Shown: positions 47,779-59,707, numbered from the stretch's first letter. The stretch: 64,000 nucleotides of DNA from an uncultured Chitinophaga sp. (GCA_964473035.1 CAYYMK010000009.1:1450-65449), one strand, 5' to 3'. Notes: generated by a model from the letters alone, not told the origin. Numbers and translations: made by a program.

Positions 47779-48657
47779 ATGAGCATACTGGTTCATAAAA
47801 ATTCGAAAATACTGGTACAGGGCTTTACCGGCACTGAAGGTACTTTTCATGCCACCCAAATGATTGAATACGGAACAAATGTGGTTGGTGGCATCACGCC
47901 CGGAAAAGGAGGCACCATACACCTGGGTAAACCCGTTTTTAATACCGTCGCTTCGGCAGTACAAGCCACTTCCGCCGATGTCAGCATCATTTTTGTTCCT
48001 CCGGCCTTTGCAGCCGATGCTATCATGGAAGCTGCCGAAGCTTCAGTCGGGCTCATTGTGTGTATTACCGAAGGCATCCCGGTTCAGGATATGGTGAAAG
48101 TAAAAAATTATCTGTTCGGAAAAAAGACCCGGCTGGTAGGGCCAAACTGCCCGGGGGTCATCACTGCCGGTGCTTGCAAAGTGGGCATCATGCCAGGTTT
48201 TGTATTTGTACCGGGGCGTATTGGCATTGTGTCAAAATCAGGTACCCTTACATACGAAGCAGCAGACCAGGTTGCAAAAGCAGGGCTGGGTATTTCTACG
48301 GCTGTGGGCATTGGCGGAGATCCCATCATTGGCACCACAACCAGAGAAGCTGTTGAATTATTTATGAACGACCCCGATACTGATGCGATTGTTATGATTG
48401 GTGAAATTGGAGGTGGGATGGAAGCTGAAGCAGCCAACTGGATCAGGGAGGCGGGCAATCAGAAACCCATTGTAGGTTTCATTGCAGGACAAACCGCACC
48501 CCCCGGCCGAAGGATGGGCCATGCCGGTGCAATCGTTGGCGGCGCAGACGATACTGCTGCCGCAAAAATGAAGATCATGAGTGAATGCGGCATTCATGTG
48601 GTACACAGCCCTGCCGATATCGGGGCTAGTATGAAGAAAGTATTGGCAACCCGGTAA
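47779..48657 (+). CDS. sucD: succinate--CoA ligase subunit alpha
   Basis: [30 protein letters not shown] and the phospho-His loop GHAGAIV. Confidence 0.95.
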   Translation: MSILVHKNSKILVQGFTGTEGTFHATQMIEYGTNVVGGITPGKGGTIHLGKPVFNTVASAVQATSADVSIIFVPPAFAADAIMEAAEASVGLIVCITEGIPVQDMVKVKNYLFGKKTRLVGPNCPGVITAGACKVGIMPGFVFVPGRIGIVSKSGTLTYEAADQVAKAGLGISTAVGIGGDPIIGTTTREAVELFMNDPDTDAIVMIGEIGGGMEAEAANWIREAGNQKPIVGFIAGQTAPPGRRMGHAGAIVGGADDTAAAKMKIMSECGIHVVHSPADIGASMKKVLATR

Positions 48658-48661
48658 GAAA

Positions 48662-48736
48662 AAGGATACCCGACTGTGAAACGAATCACACTTCTCAGGT
48701 ACAATAAAATTTCAGATCTGTATCCTTCAATTTTTT
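48662..48736 (+). terminator. possible structured 3' end/terminator of sucD
   Basis: AAGGATAC (48662-69) pairs with GTATCCTT (48720-27) around an inner GTGA..TCAC hairpin. CAATTTTTTC follows. The long loop makes this atypical. Confidence 0.35.
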
Positions 48737-48916
48737 CTGTTTCGGATTGGATTTGTATGCTTCCATAACTGAACTTGCATTCTGAAAATCTGATGATAAA
48801 ACCCACAGGGAGAAAGAATACAGATGAACCTCTGATGCAATGCAGCAAAAGGAACTTTGTACATCTCGTACAAACTCATTAAACAACGATCCTGAATTCA
48901 TGCAATCTCAAAATTA

Positions 48917-48945
48917 TAAAGGCCGCCCGCCCGGGGCAGCCTTTA
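48917..48945. terminator. GC-rich hairpin terminator (bidirectional position; closest to the DUF4476 gene end)
   Basis: TAAAGGC(C)GCCC...GGGC(A)GCCTTTA. Confidence 0.55.
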
Positions 48946-48979
48946 TATCATAGGGTTGGTTGTGTGCTGCAACCGATTC

Positions 48980-49681
48980 TTATTTAGCTTCACGGATAAA
49001 ACGGGCCAGTTCTTCCTTGCTGCTGCTGAATGTAAGGGCATCCATTACAATATAGTAATTCTGCCGGTCCACTGTTTTACGATAAGCATACTTGGCCAGT
49101 TCCAGCCTGTTGTGTTCAAATGTAAACAACAACATCAGTTCCTTTGCCTGTGAGGCAGTTACATTATTCTTGTCAAGAATAAATTTTGCAGAAGTGAGCC
49201 TGTTGTTTTCAAACCACTCCTTACGAAGTGCTTCTTTTACCTGCTCCATCTCACGGCCACTCATGACATTTCGGTTGTTGTTCCAGCCGTCTTCTTCATC
49301 ATAATATTCATCTTCATCATTGTACCATTCATCATTACGGTCAATTCTTCTTTCATCAACCAATACACGACCAAAACGGTTTACAGTAATGTCAAGATGA
49401 AATCCTCTTTTCAGGATCACATTGTTCTGGTACACAATTTCCCGGCGGCCAAATCCAAATCCATTTCGTTTTCTTTCTTTATAAATCTTGATGTCATGCC
49501 GGCCATCTGCCAGATATCCCACAGTAATACTGTTGTTCTTCATTGTAAACCGGCGGCCATCAATCTCCACCTTCAGTTCTGTACTGGTGCCAGGGGCCGA
49601 TATACTGAGGCGGCTTCCATCAAAAGCCAGCAGAGCTACAGAAATAACAGTGCTGCATAAAAGGGTAAAAATTTTTTTCAT
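48980..49681 (-). CDS. DUF4476-like secreted protein
   Basis: Signal peptide MKKIFTLLCSTVISVALLA. The C-terminal pattern FTFEHNRLELAKYAYRKTVDRQNYYIVMDALTFSSSKEEL matches DUF4476; assigned from memory. Confidence 0.7.
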   Translation of the reverse strand: MKKIFTLLCSTVISVALLAFDGSRLSISAPGTSTELKVEIDGRRFTMKNNSITVGYLADGRHDIKIYKERKRNGFGFGRREIVYQNNVILKRGFHLDITVNRFGRVLVDERRIDRNDEWYNDEDEYYDEEDGWNNNRNVMSGREMEQVKEALRKEWFENNRLTSAKFILDKNNVTASQAKELMLLFTFEHNRLELAKYAYRKTVDRQNYYIVMDALTFSSSKEELARFIREAK

Positions 49682-49978
49682 AGTCTTTCAATTTTTAAGT
49701 TAGAAAATAATATATCTGCAAGCATAGTTTCCAAAGCCGTGCCAGTTCTGTTTAAAAGCCATCAAACAAAATGTTAAAGCAAAAACCGCAAATGCCGGTT
49801 TATGCAGGAACCTGCTTCCTCCTGCTTCTTATGAAATGGCATATACAGGCTCTGGCAAAAAAGTTATCCGGCCTGCTTTATGAAATGCTATTCTTGTATG
49901 CATCCTGTATCTGTAAAAAACAAATACAGTCCGGTCTGATAATATATCCACGAAATTGTACCTTGTAAAAAAAATGCT

Positions 49979-52900
49979 ATGAAAGCAGCAGTAATCAAAA
50001 CGAGCCTCCTGTTCTCCGCATCATTTTTCCTGATTGTTCTGTCTGCCCCTGCGCAGCTTCCTGTAAAAAAGTATGAAAAAGAATGGAAACGGGTGACTGA
50101 ACTGATTGATAAAGGTCTCCCCAAATCTGCCCTGGCCGAGGTGAAGAAGATTTATACCCTTGCCCAAAATCAAAAACAAGATGCTCAAGTCATCAAATCA
50201 CTAATGTACATGATTTCATTACAGCGGGAAAACCGGGAAAAGAACGCCGTGCTGTCTATTACTGAACTTGAAAAGGAACTGAAAGTCCGCAAAGGGTCTG
50301 CTGCTGCCATCCTCAATAGCCTGCTGGCCGAAATATACTGGGGCTATTACCAGAGTCAGCGATGGAAAATATATAACCGGACCAAAACGGAAAATTTTTC
50401 AAAAACCGATTTGACCACCTGGGATGCTGAAGATTTTCACAAAAGGATAAGCCAGCTTTACCTTCTGTCCATTCAGGAAGAAACCCTGCTGCAACAAACA
50501 AAATTAACCGCCTTCGATGAACTGATCCAGAAAGGCAATATGCGCCACCTGCGTCCCACCTTGTTCGATTTACTGGCTCATCGTGCCCTTAGTTATTTTG
50601 AAAATGATGAACGGGATATCAGAAAACCAGCCTACGCATTTGAAATAAATCAGGCGGCCGCATTTGCACCTGCATTTTCATTTGCGAAAGAACATTTTTC
50701 CACAAAAGATTCCCTTTCGCTGCAGCATAAAGCTTTGCAGCTGTACCAGAAAATATTAGCCTTTCACCAGCATGACACAAAACCCGATGCCCTGCTTGAC
50801 GCAGATTTACTGCGCCTTCAATTTGTAAAAAATCATTCCACCCATCCGGATAAAGATGTCCTGTATATGGATGCACTGCAGCAAATTTGCAGTCGGTACG
50901 GGCAACTCCCTGCTGCAGCACAGGCCTGGTACCTGGTAGCCAGCTGGCACCGTGCAAGAGCCAATGAATATAAACCGCTGGGCGATACTACATACCGTTT
51001 CAGCCAGGTAAAAGCCAAAGAAATTTGCGATAAGGTCCTGCAGCAAAAAGATTCCTCCGAAGGAAAAATAAATTGTCAGAACCTGCTGCAGGAAATAAGA
51101 AAACAATCTTTCCGGTTCAGCATCGAAAAAGTAAATATACCCAACCAGCCCTTCCGTACCCTGGTTCATTATAAAAACACAAATCAGCTCTGGTTCCGGA
51201 TTATAAAATCCAGTGAAGCCCTGAAAAAGATCCTCGAAAATCAATACGACGAAAAATTCTGGCCGGCCCTCACAGCAGCCCGTGCAGAAAAAATGTGGAC
51301 ACAATCACTGCCAGATACAAAAGATTTCCAGGAACACAGCACTGAAATAAAAATTGATGGACTTCCGTCAGGCGAATATGTATTGCTAGCTTCCGGAAAT
51401 GCCGGTTTTTCAGATAAAAACACAGTGCTGGGCGCCCGTTATTTCTATGTATCTGCAATCAGTTATGTACAGCAGCAAACAGACTTCTTTGTACTGCACA
51501 GAGACAGCGGGCTACCGCTTGAAAACGCTTCCGTGCAAATCTGGGATCAGCGTTATGATTACAATATTTCCAAATATATCCGGGAAAAAGGGCCATCCTA
51601 CCACACTGATGCCAACGGCTATTTTAAAATGGAAAGAAAAGACAAAAAAGAAAACCGCTACGGCACTTACTTCCTGGTTGACATATCACACAACAACGAC
51701 CGGCTTTTCATGAACGATAACCTGTACGACAGCTATTATGATAATCAGACCACAGATAAAACAGGTTCTGATATTTCCGTTCACCTGTTTACAGACCGCA
51801 GTATATACCGGCCGGGTCAAACATTATATTTTAAAGGCATCGTTCTTACAAAAAGTAAATCAGATCACACAGGCAGTGTGCAGGCAGGTTATGCTACATC
51901 TATAATCCTGCGCAACGCCAATTACCAAAACATGGACACCATCCATGTGACCACGAATGAGTATGGTTCATTCCAGGGCAAATTTCAGCTACCGCAAAGC
52001 GGCATGAATGGGCCTTTTATGTTAATGACACTGAACGAAGCCGGCAGCACCAATTTCCGTGTGGAAGAATATAAGAGGCCGAAATTTTATGTTAGCTACG
52101 AACCGGTAAAAGGGGCCTACAAAGTTCAGGACAACATTACAGTAACCGGAAATGCCAAAGGCTATGCTGGCAATAATATTGACGGCGCTCTTGTAACCTA
52201 CAGGGTGGTGCGCCAGCCCCGCTTTATTTACAGCTGGTATTTCTGGCGCTGGTGGCAGCCGCCTTCTGAAGAAATGGAAATTGCACATGGTGAAACAAAA
52301 ACCGATCAGAACGGAAAGTTCAGCATTACCTTCAAAGCAATCCCTGATCTGAAAATTGATAAGAAATTCGATCCCCTGTTTGATTTTACCATTTATGCCG
52401 ACGTCACCGATCTGAATGGAGAAACAAGAAGTGGCGAGCAAAGTATCACCGTCAGCTATAAAGCAGTGATGCTGTCCGCAATTGTTCCTGTATCATTACC
52501 GGCAGACAGCCTGAAACAAATGAACATTTTTACCCGGAATATGAATGGGGAACACGAACCCTCAATGCTGACCGTATCCATATCACGGCTCAAGGAAGAA
52601 AAAAGACTGATCCGGAACAGGTATTGGGAACGTCCCGACCAGTTTGTCATGACCAGGGAAGAATATATCAGGTATTTTCCAAATGATGAATATGCGAATG
52701 AAAGTGACTTCCGCAACTGGGAAAAAGGCGAACAGGTATTCAGCAAATCTGACTCTGCAAAAAAAGATGGTACATGGCCTGTACTCGGAACCTGGACGCC
52801 CGGATTTTATGTCATTGAAATATCGGCAGCAGACAAAAATGGAGAACGCATCAATGATATACGGTTTATCGAGTTATTTGATGAAAAAAGCAGTCAGCTC

Positions 52901-55900
52901 AGCAGGCCTGCCTATTTATGGACAGGGATGATGAACACCGTTGTGGATCCGGGACAAACTGCAAAAGTGGAACTGGGTACAGGGGCCGAAAATCTTTTTG
53001 TGGTTCAGCAGATCAGCAAGGGCAAAGCCCGTGCAACCACCGGATCATATTCATTCATCAGGCTACACAATCAAAAACAAACTTTTTCATTCCCAGCTTC
53101 AGAAGCAGACCGGGGTGGATTTGGCATAAACTGGATGTTCATCCGGCATAACAGGCTGCACCAGATGAACCAGTTGATCAATGTACCATGGACCAACAAA
53201 CAACTGAAAATTGAATACAGCACATTTCGTGAAAAAACCCTGCCTGGCAGCGAAGAGAAATGGAAAGTGAAAATAACCGGGTTCAGGAAAGAAAAAGTGG
53301 CAGCAGAATTACTGGCAGCAATGTACGATGCCTCACTGGATCAGTTTTATCATCACAGCTGGAGCGAACCGTATATATGGCCCTACTTCTATAACAGCAG
53401 AATCTGGAATGGCACACAAAACTTTAATCAACTCCATTCTTATCACAAATACCTGTACGACCAGGTATCGGCATATGTGGACAAAAGATACGATTACCTT
53501 TTTGGCACAATGAACGGATTTGGGTCACAGAATGGCTACGGTATGAGGCGTGCAATGAAGGATGGTGCACCAGCAGGGCAACCCGAAGCAGAAATGACAA
53601 CGGGGGCTCCGGTTCCGGTCAGTGAAAACAAGGAAATGGCGGAAGAAATTTCAGCCGATGGTCTTGTCTCCAAAAAAGTTGGTAAGGACGAAGATGGGAT
53701 TATCGATGATATGGAAAAAAAGAAAAAAGAGCCTTCCCCTGGCGAAGTTAAGGTCAGAAAAAATTTCAATGAAACCGCATTCTTTTTTCCGGAACTGAGA
53801 ACGGACAGTACGGGTGCTGTTGAATTTTCTTTCACTATGCCAGAAGCACTGACCCGCTGGAAATTTATGACCCTTGCTCATACCAAAGAAGCTGCCTTTG
53901 GCAGCAGCACCAAAGAAATCGTTACGCAAAAAGAACTGATGGTGCAACCAAATGCCCCAAGGTTCCTGAGAGAAGGTGATAAAATGGAATTCAGTTGCAA
54001 AATTGTAAACCTGACCGAAAAGGAAATGACCGGCACTGCAGAATTTCAGCTATTTGATGCTGCAACAGGCGAAGCAGTGGATGGATGGTTTCACAACAGT
54101 ATTCCCAACCAGTACTTCACAGTAAAAGCAGGGCAGAGCGAAGCAGTCAAATTCCCAATTGACATCCCGTACCAGTTCAACAAAGCACTGGGATGGAGAA
54201 TTATTGCAAAAAGTGGCAGCTACAGCGACGGAGAAGAAAATACATTACCTGTATTGACAAACAGAATGCTGGTAACAGAAACCCTGCCGATGCCTGTACG
54301 TGGAACAGGGACAAAAAAATTCAGCTTTGACAAACTGTTGAACAGTGGAAAAAGCGAAAGCCTTCAGCACTACAGGCTGACGGTTGAATACACTTCCAGC
54401 CCCGCCTGGTATGCCGTGCAGGCCCTGCCCTACTTGATGGAATATCCATACGAATGTGCAGAGCAAACCTGGAACAGATACTACGCAAACTCACTGGCTG
54501 CAATGATTGCCAATTCTTCTCCCAAAATAAAAGAAGTATTCAAAAAATGGCAATCCGCCAATCCTCCGGCCGGAAGCGAAGGAGCATTTCTCAGCAACCT
54601 GCAAAAGAATCAGGAACTGAAATCCGTGCTGCTGGAAGAAACCCCCTGGGTATTGCAGGCAAAAAATGAAGCCGAACAGAAAAAAAATATTGCACTGCTG
54701 TTTGATATGATCCGGATGAGTGAGCAGTTGCAAAACGCTTACGAAAAACTGAAGCAAATGCAAAGCAGCAACGGAGGATTTGTTTGGTTTAGCGGTGGCC
54801 CCGATGACCGGTATATCACACAATATATTGTGACGGGTATAGGCCATCTGAAAAAACTGAAAGCCATCGCCCCGGGACAGGATGGTTATCTGAAAGCCAT
54901 TCTCAGCAGGGCCATCCCTTACCTCGACAGAAAGATTAAAGAGGATTATGATGATCTGCTGAAGTACAAAACAAACCTGAATACATATACACCGGGCTAC
55001 ACGACCATCCAGTACCTGTACATGCGCAGCTTTTTCCCGGAATATGAAATGGCCGCCACATCAAAAAAGGCATACGACTATTTCCGCAGGCGTATGCAGT
55101 TAACTTGGGTAGGCCAAAATAAATACATGCAGGGAATGGCGGCACTGGCACTGTACCGAACAGCAGATACCAAAACTCCGGCAGCAATATTGAAATCGCT
55201 GAAAGAAACCTCTATCAGCAATGAGGAGTTGGGTATGTACTGGAAAGACCAGCGGGCCGGATGGTTCTGGTATGAAGCACCCATTGAAACACACTCATTA
55301 CTTATTGAAGCATTCCAGGAAGCAGGAACGGATACAAAAACCGTCGATGACCTGAAAACATGGCTGCTTAAAAACAAGCAAACTCATAACTGGAAAACAA
55401 CGAAAGCTACTTCCGAAGCATGTTATGCCCTGCTGCTGCAAGGATCCGACTGGCTGACTAACCAGCCCACGGTTGAGATCAATGCAGGTTCTGCCCTGAT
55501 CAAAACCACTGGTGAAGAAGAAGCCGGAACAGGGTATTTCAAAAAAATCATCGAAGGCAGACAGGTCAAACCTGAAATGGGTGATATTTCAGTAACAATC
55601 AGCAGCAATAATAATCAGCAGCCGGTTAGCTGGGGAGCTCTGTACTGGCAATACTTTGAAGACCTTGATAAAATCAGTACAGCGGCCACACCTCTCAGCC
55701 TGTCAAAAAAATTATTCATTGAAAAAAATACAGACCGTGGGCCGGTCATCAGTCCTGTGCAGGATGGTTCCGTGATTCAGGTAGGTGATAAAATAAAAGT
55801 ACGGATCGAACTCCGGGCAGACAGGGATATGGAATATGTACACATGAAAGATATGCGGGCATCTGCACTGGAACCCGTCAATGTACTGAGCCGCTACAAA

Positions 55901-56110
55901 TGGCAGGGTGGCCTGGGATATTATGAGAGTACCAAAGATGCCAGCACCAACTTCTTTTTCTCCTACCTGAGAAAAGGAACTTATGTGTTTGAATACACTT
56001 TGTTTGCAACGCATGCCGGCAATTTCAGCAATGGCATCACCAGCATCCAGTGTATGTATGCCCCTGAGTTTAGTTCACACAGCGAGGGTGTCAGAATTAC
56101 CGTTGAATGA
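49979..56110 (+). CDS. alpha-2-macroglobulin family protein with thioester motif, 2043 aa
   Basis: Signal peptide ...LIVLSAPAQ and MG-domain-like repeats. The thioester site is YPYECAEQTW (CAEQ at 54455-54466), followed by a typical TED/receptor-binding C-terminus. Confidence 0.9.
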   Translation: MKAAVIKTSLLFSASFFLIVLSAPAQLPVKKYEKEWKRVTELIDKGLPKSALAEVKKIYTLAQNQKQDAQVIKSLMYMISLQRENREKNAVLSITELEKELKVRKGSAAAILNSLLAEIYWGYYQSQRWKIYNRTKTENFSKTDLTTWDAEDFHKRISQLYLLSIQEETLLQQTKLTAFDELIQKGNMRHLRPTLFDLLAHRALSYFENDERDIRKPAYAFEINQAAAFAPAFSFAKEHFSTKDSLSLQHKALQLYQKILAFHQHDTKPDALLDADLLRLQFVKNHSTHPDKDVLYMDALQQICSRYGQLPAAAQAWYLVASWHRARANEYKPLGDTTYRFSQVKAKEICDKVLQQKDSSEGKINCQNLLQEIRKQSFRFSIEKVNIPNQPFRTLVHYKNTNQLWFRIIKSSEALKKILENQYDEKFWPALTAARAEKMWTQSLPDTKDFQEHSTEIKIDGLPSGEYVLLASGNAGFSDKNTVLGARYFYVSAISYVQQQTDFFVLHRDSGLPLENASVQIWDQRYDYNISKYIREKGPSYHTDANGYFKMERKDKKENRYGTYFLVDISHNNDRLFMNDNLYDSYYDNQTTDKTGSDISVHLFTDRSIYRPGQTLYFKGIVLTKSKSDHTGSVQAGYATSIILRNANYQNMDTIHVTTNEYGSFQGKFQLPQSGMNGPFMLMTLNEAGSTNFRVEEYKRPKFYVSYEPVKGAYKVQDNITVTGNAKGYAGNNIDGALVTYRVVRQPRFIYSWYFWRWWQPPSEEMEIAHGETKTDQNGKFSITFKAIPDLKIDKKFDPLFDFTIYADVTDLNGETRSGEQSITVSYKAVMLSAIVPVSLPADSLKQMNIFTRNMNGEHEPSMLTVSISRLKEEKRLIRNRYWERPDQFVMTREEYIRYFPNDEYANESDFRNWEKGEQVFSKSDSAKKDGTWPVLGTWTPGFYVIEISAADKNGERINDIRFIELFDEKSSQLSRPAYLWTGMMNTVVDPGQTAKVELGTGAENLFVVQQISKGKARATTGSYSFIRLHNQKQTFSFPASEADRGGFGINWMFIRHNRLHQMNQLINVPWTNKQLKIEYSTFREKTLPGSEEKWKVKITGFRKEKVAAELLAAMYDASLDQFYHHSWSEPYIWPYFYNSRIWNGTQNFNQLHSYHKYLYDQVSAYVDKRYDYLFGTMNGFGSQNGYGMRRAMKDGAPAGQPEAEMTTGAPVPVSENKEMAEEISADGLVSKKVGKDEDGIIDDMEKKKKEPSPGEVKVRKNFNETAFFFPELRTDSTGAVEFSFTMPEALTRWKFMTLAHTKEAAFGSSTKEIVTQKELMVQPNAPRFLREGDKMEFSCKIVNLTEKEMTGTAEFQLFDAATGEAVDGWFHNSIPNQYFTVKAGQSEAVKFPIDIPYQFNKALGWRIIAKSGSYSDGEENTLPVLTNRMLVTETLPMPVRGTGTKKFSFDKLLNSGKSESLQHYRLTVEYTSSPAWYAVQALPYLMEYPYECAEQTWNRYYANSLAAMIANSSPKIKEVFKKWQSANPPAGSEGAFLSNLQKNQELKSVLLEETPWVLQAKNEAEQKKNIALLFDMIRMSEQLQNAYEKLKQMQSSNGGFVWFSGGPDDRYITQYIVTGIGHLKKLKAIAPGQDGYLKAILSRAIPYLDRKIKEDYDDLLKYKTNLNTYTPGYTTIQYLYMRSFFPEYEMAATSKKAYDYFRRRMQLTWVGQNKYMQGMAALALYRTADTKTPAAILKSLKETSISNEELGMYWKDQRAGWFWYEAPIETHSLLIEAFQEAGTDTKTVDDLKTWLLKNKQTHNWKTTKATSEACYALLLQGSDWLTNQPTVEINAGSALIKTTGEEEAGTGYFKKIIEGRQVKPEMGDISVTISSNNNQQPVSWGALYWQYFEDLDKISTAATPLSLSKKLFIEKNTDRGPVISPVQDGSVIQVGDKIKVRIELRADRDMEYVHMKDMRASALEPVNVLSRYKWQGGLGYYESTKDASTNFFFSYLRKGTYVFEYTLFATHAGNFSNGITSIQCMYAPEFSSHSEGVRITVE

Positions 56111-56150
56111 CCCGGAAACGTCATCCTGCTGTCCGGTCGTAAGTGAAACA

Positions 56151-56186
56151 TACAAAGACCGGGAACCCGGGTTCCCGGTCTTTGTA
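56151..56186 (+). terminator. perfect 36-nt palindrome after the alpha-2-macroglobulin gene
   Basis: TACAAAGACCGGGAACCC/GGGTTCCCGGTCTTTGTA. No U-run follows. Confidence 0.65.
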
Positions 56187-56212
56187 TACAGCAGCAACCC
56201 TATTTTTGCGTG

Positions 56213-57274
56213 ATGCAGACAAATTATTTAATTATCGGTCAGGGACTCAGTGGTACCTGGCTCAGCTATTATTTACAAAAAGCGAATCAATCATTTTTTG
56301 TCATTGATCAAAACGACAGCAATGCTGCTTCCCGTCTGAACGCCGGGATCATAAACCCTGTAAGCGGCAGGCGCCATGCAGCTGTATGGATGGTGGACAG
56401 CATCATCCCCTTTGCTGTGCAGGCATACGAAGAATTGGGTGCTTCACTGGGAAGTCGGCTGATTGTTCAGAAGGATATTATTGATTTTTTTCCGACAGAA
56501 CAAATGCAACATAGCTTTGAAAAAAGGGTCGGTGAAAAAGCTCCTTTTGTGTCGTTTGATGCAAACCACCAGGACTTCTCTTCTTATTTTCAATATACTC
56601 ACGGGTTCGGCCGCATCAGCCCTGTATATGCCGTGCGTACAAAACATCTTCTTGATGCATGGCGGCAACAACTTCTCGAAAAAAATATTTTATCTGATGA
56701 AGAATTTATACCAGATGCACTCCAGGTGGAACCATCCGGAATCCGCTACAAAAATATACAGGCAAAAAAAATCATCTTCTGCAACGGCCACAGCTGTTCG
56801 GGAAATCCCTTTTTCAGCAAGCTGCCGTTTGCGCCCAATAAAGGAGAAGCACTCATTGTTTCAATACCCGGGTTGCCCGATGGGCTTACCTTCAAAAAAT
56901 CGGTAGCCATTGTTCCTCTTGCAGAAAAAGATTTATGGTGGACAGGTTCCACCTATGAATGGAATTATACAAACGACCAGCCGACGGCAGGTTTTCTTGC
57001 CAAAACAACTGCGGCACTTCAAGACTGGTTAAAAATTCCATTCCATATTGAAAAGCATATTAGCGGTATCAGGCCTGCCACACTGGAACGCAGGCCCTTT
57101 GTGGGTGTACATCCACAGGTTCCGCAGATTGCAATTTTAAACGGGCTTGGTACCAAAGGTTGTTCCCTGGCGCCGTATTTTGCCAATCAGTTGGTTGAAT
57201 TTTTAATGGAACACAAAAACATCAGCCCGGAAGCAGATGTCAGGCGCTTTCAAAAAATTCTGAGGAGGCACTGA
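56213..57274 (+). CDS. FAD-dependent oxidoreductase (DAO-like)
   Basis: N-terminal dinucleotide fold YLIIGQGLSGTWLSYYL. 353 aa. The ATG at 56213 is one codon after the GTG track start. Confidence 0.8.
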   Translation: MQTNYLIIGQGLSGTWLSYYLQKANQSFFVIDQNDSNAASRLNAGIINPVSGRRHAAVWMVDSIIPFAVQAYEELGASLGSRLIVQKDIIDFFPTEQMQHSFEKRVGEKAPFVSFDANHQDFSSYFQYTHGFGRISPVYAVRTKHLLDAWRQQLLEKNILSDEEFIPDALQVEPSGIRYKNIQAKKIIFCNGHSCSGNPFFSKLPFAPNKGEALIVSIPGLPDGLTFKKSVAIVPLAEKDLWWTGSTYEWNYTNDQPTAGFLAKTTAALQDWLKIPFHIEKHISGIRPATLERRPFVGVHPQVPQIAILNGLGTKGCSLAPYFANQLVEFLMEHKNISPEADVRRFQKILRRH

Positions 57275-57335
57275 ACAGGATGCCGAATTCCTTATTTTTA
57301 TTGATGCCGTCCAAAAAACACCCGGCACCAGGAAC

Positions 57336-57746
57336 ATGTACCAACACCAGGAAGAAAAATACATCATCCCGGCCCGATACCGCCGCATGGAGAATATGCA
57401 TATTGTTTTCTGGCTCCTGAAAGATATCAGCTGGTGTATGATCTGGAAGGAACTTGGAATTGCCATGTTTCTGCCCACCCTGACCATCTCTATCATCATT
57501 GCCTGGCGCACCCGGCATATCAAATCAGAACTGGCGCATAACCTGGCCATTACTTTCTGGATATGCGCCAATGGTTATTGGATGATCAGTGAGTTTTTTG
57601 GGTTTGACGAATACAGCGTTTGGAGAGAATTCACGGGAAAACACCTGTCACTGATTCCTTTCTTTATCGGCGCAGCCATACTTCTGTATTACTATGCCAT
57701 ACAAAGACCAAAGGAAATAAGCAGGCACCAAACAACCACCTTATAA
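57336..57746 (+). CDS. hypothetical membrane protein
   Basis: 136 aa with 3-4 hydrophobic helices ([61 protein letters not shown]). Confidence 0.55.
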   Translation: MYQHQEEKYIIPARYRRMENMHIVFWLLKDISWCMIWKELGIAMFLPTLTISIIIAWRTRHIKSELAHNLAITFWICANGYWMISEFFGFDEYSVWREFTGKHLSLIPFFIGAAILLYYYAIQRPKEISRHQTTTL

Positions 57747-57779
57747 ATTCAGCAGCAGACGGCGGGCATTCTTTTATCT

Positions 57780-57787
57780 TATCTTTG
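57780..57787 (+). promoter_or_regulatory. -7 promoter box TATCTTTG upstream of aspS
   Basis: Exact TAnnTTTG match, ~90 nt before the ATG at 57878. Confidence 0.45.
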
Positions 57788-57877
57788 CGCCCGGCAGGGA
57801 AATGCAGGCGGATTGGCCACAAAGAACCTGTTTTTTCTCTCATTCAGATTTACACCATTACAACTTTACGACAGAAG

Positions 57878-59707
57878 ATGTACAGAACACATACCTGCGG
57901 CGAACTAAGACTGAATCAAAATGGAACCGAAGTAACCCTTGCCGGGTGGGTACAGACGATCAGGAAATTCGGCGCCATCACTTTTGTGGACCTCAGAGAC
58001 CGCTACGGCATTACCCAGTTATTGTTCGGAGAAGACCTGAATAAACAACTGGAAGAAACCCCTCCCGGCCGGGAATTTGTGCTGCAGGTTACCGGTACCG
58101 TAAGCGAACGAATCAATAAAAACCCCAACCTTGCAACCGGTGATATTGAACTACTTGTTTCATCATTCCGCATTCTCAACAAGTCGACCCTGCCCCCATT
58201 TACCATCCAGGATGATACCGATGGCGGAGATGACCTGCGGATGAAATACCGTTTTCTGGATTTGAGAAGAAATGCAGTAAAGAAGAATCTTGAATTACGA
58301 TATGCGGTAAACCGTGCTGCCCGGAATTATCTGCACCAGCAACAGTTCATTGATATTGAAACCCCATTCCTCATCAAATCTACACCGGAAGGTGCAAGAG
58401 ATTTTGTAGTGCCTTCCAGAATGAACCCCGGGCAATTTTATGCACTGCCTCAATCACCTCAAACCTTCAAACAATTGCTGATGGTGAGCGGGTATGACCG
58501 TTATTACCAGATTGTAAAATGCTTTCGGGATGAAGACCTGCGGGCAGACCGCCAGCCGGAATTCACACAGATAGACTGCGAAATGGCCTTTGTGGAGCAG
58601 GAAGATATTTTGACCATGTTTGAAGGTATGATCAAGTCCATCTTTAAAGAGGTAAAAGGAATTGATTACTCAGAAGCCGTACCCAGAATGACATGGGAGG
58701 TTGCTATGTGGAATTATGGTAACGATAAACCGGATATCCGTTTTGGCATGCAGTTGCTGAACCTAAAAAAGCCGGCTACTGTATACACTGAAAAACAGGA
58801 TAACGCTGCCCTAATAAATGGCGCTGATTTCAAAGTTTTTGACGAAGCAGAAACAGTACTTGCCATTGCCATTCCCGGCTGCAGCGAATACAGCCGTAAA
58901 CAAACAGATGAATTGACGGAATGGGTGAAACGTCCGCAGATAGGAATGAAAGGTCTTGTATTCATCAAGTGTAATGCAGACGGAACATACAAAAGCAGTG
59001 TAGATAAATTTTACAGCGAAGAAAGAATAAAAGCTATTGCGGATGCCGCCCTTGCAAAGGCCGGCGACCTGGTATTAATTCTTGCCGGCACCGAAGAAAG
59101 AACAAGAAAAGCAATCAGCGAATTACGCTTGGAAATGGCGGAGCGCCTGGGGTTGCGTAAAAAAGATGAGTTGAAACTGCTATGGGTTATTGACTTCCCG
59201 CTGTTTGAATATGATGAAGAAGGGAACCGGTGGGTAGCCCGGCATCATCCCTTTACTTCGCCCAAACCATCACAGATAGAAACCATGATCCAACACAATC
59301 CGGCTATTGAAAACGCTGCTGATTACCTGAAGCATCCTTATGCCGGTATTAAGGCCAATGCCTACGACATGGTACTGAATGGAAATGAAATTGGCGGTGG
59401 CTCCATCCGTATTTTTCAAAGAGAGCTGCAGGAAAAAATGTTTGCAGCTTTGGGTATGGATGCCACAGAGCAGCAACATAAATTCGGGTTCTTACTGGGT
59501 GCCTTTGAATACGGCGCACCCCCTCATGGCGGTATTGCCTTTGGATTTGACCGACTGTGTTCCATTCTCGGAGGCAGCGAAAGCATCCGTGATTTTATCG
59601 CCTTCCCGAAAAACAATGCAGGTCGTGATGTAATGCTGGATGCACCGGCTACGATTGACGAAAAGCAGTTTGAGGAGTTGCAGATAAAGTTGAATTTGAA
59701 AAGATAG
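57878..59707 (+). CDS. aspS: aspartate--tRNA ligase
   Basis: [11 protein letters not shown], class II motifs [18 protein letters not shown] and GGGSIRI, and C-terminal GIAFGFDRL. The track ORF from 57620 is a 5' over-extension. Confidence 0.95.
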   Translation: MYRTHTCGELRLNQNGTEVTLAGWVQTIRKFGAITFVDLRDRYGITQLLFGEDLNKQLEETPPGREFVLQVTGTVSERINKNPNLATGDIELLVSSFRILNKSTLPPFTIQDDTDGGDDLRMKYRFLDLRRNAVKKNLELRYAVNRAARNYLHQQQFIDIETPFLIKSTPEGARDFVVPSRMNPGQFYALPQSPQTFKQLLMVSGYDRYYQIVKCFRDEDLRADRQPEFTQIDCEMAFVEQEDILTMFEGMIKSIFKEVKGIDYSEAVPRMTWEVAMWNYGNDKPDIRFGMQLLNLKKPATVYTEKQDNAALINGADFKVFDEAETVLAIAIPGCSEYSRKQTDELTEWVKRPQIGMKGLVFIKCNADGTYKSSVDKFYSEERIKAIADAALAKAGDLVLILAGTEERTRKAISELRLEMAERLGLRKKDELKLLWVIDFPLFEYDEEGNRWVARHHPFTSPKPSQIETMIQHNPAIENAADYLKHPYAGIKANAYDMVLNGNEIGGGSIRIFQRELQEKMFAALGMDATEQQHKFGFLLGAFEYGAPPHGGIAFGFDRLCSILGGSESIRDFIAFPKNNAGRDVMLDAPATIDEKQFEELQIKLNLKR

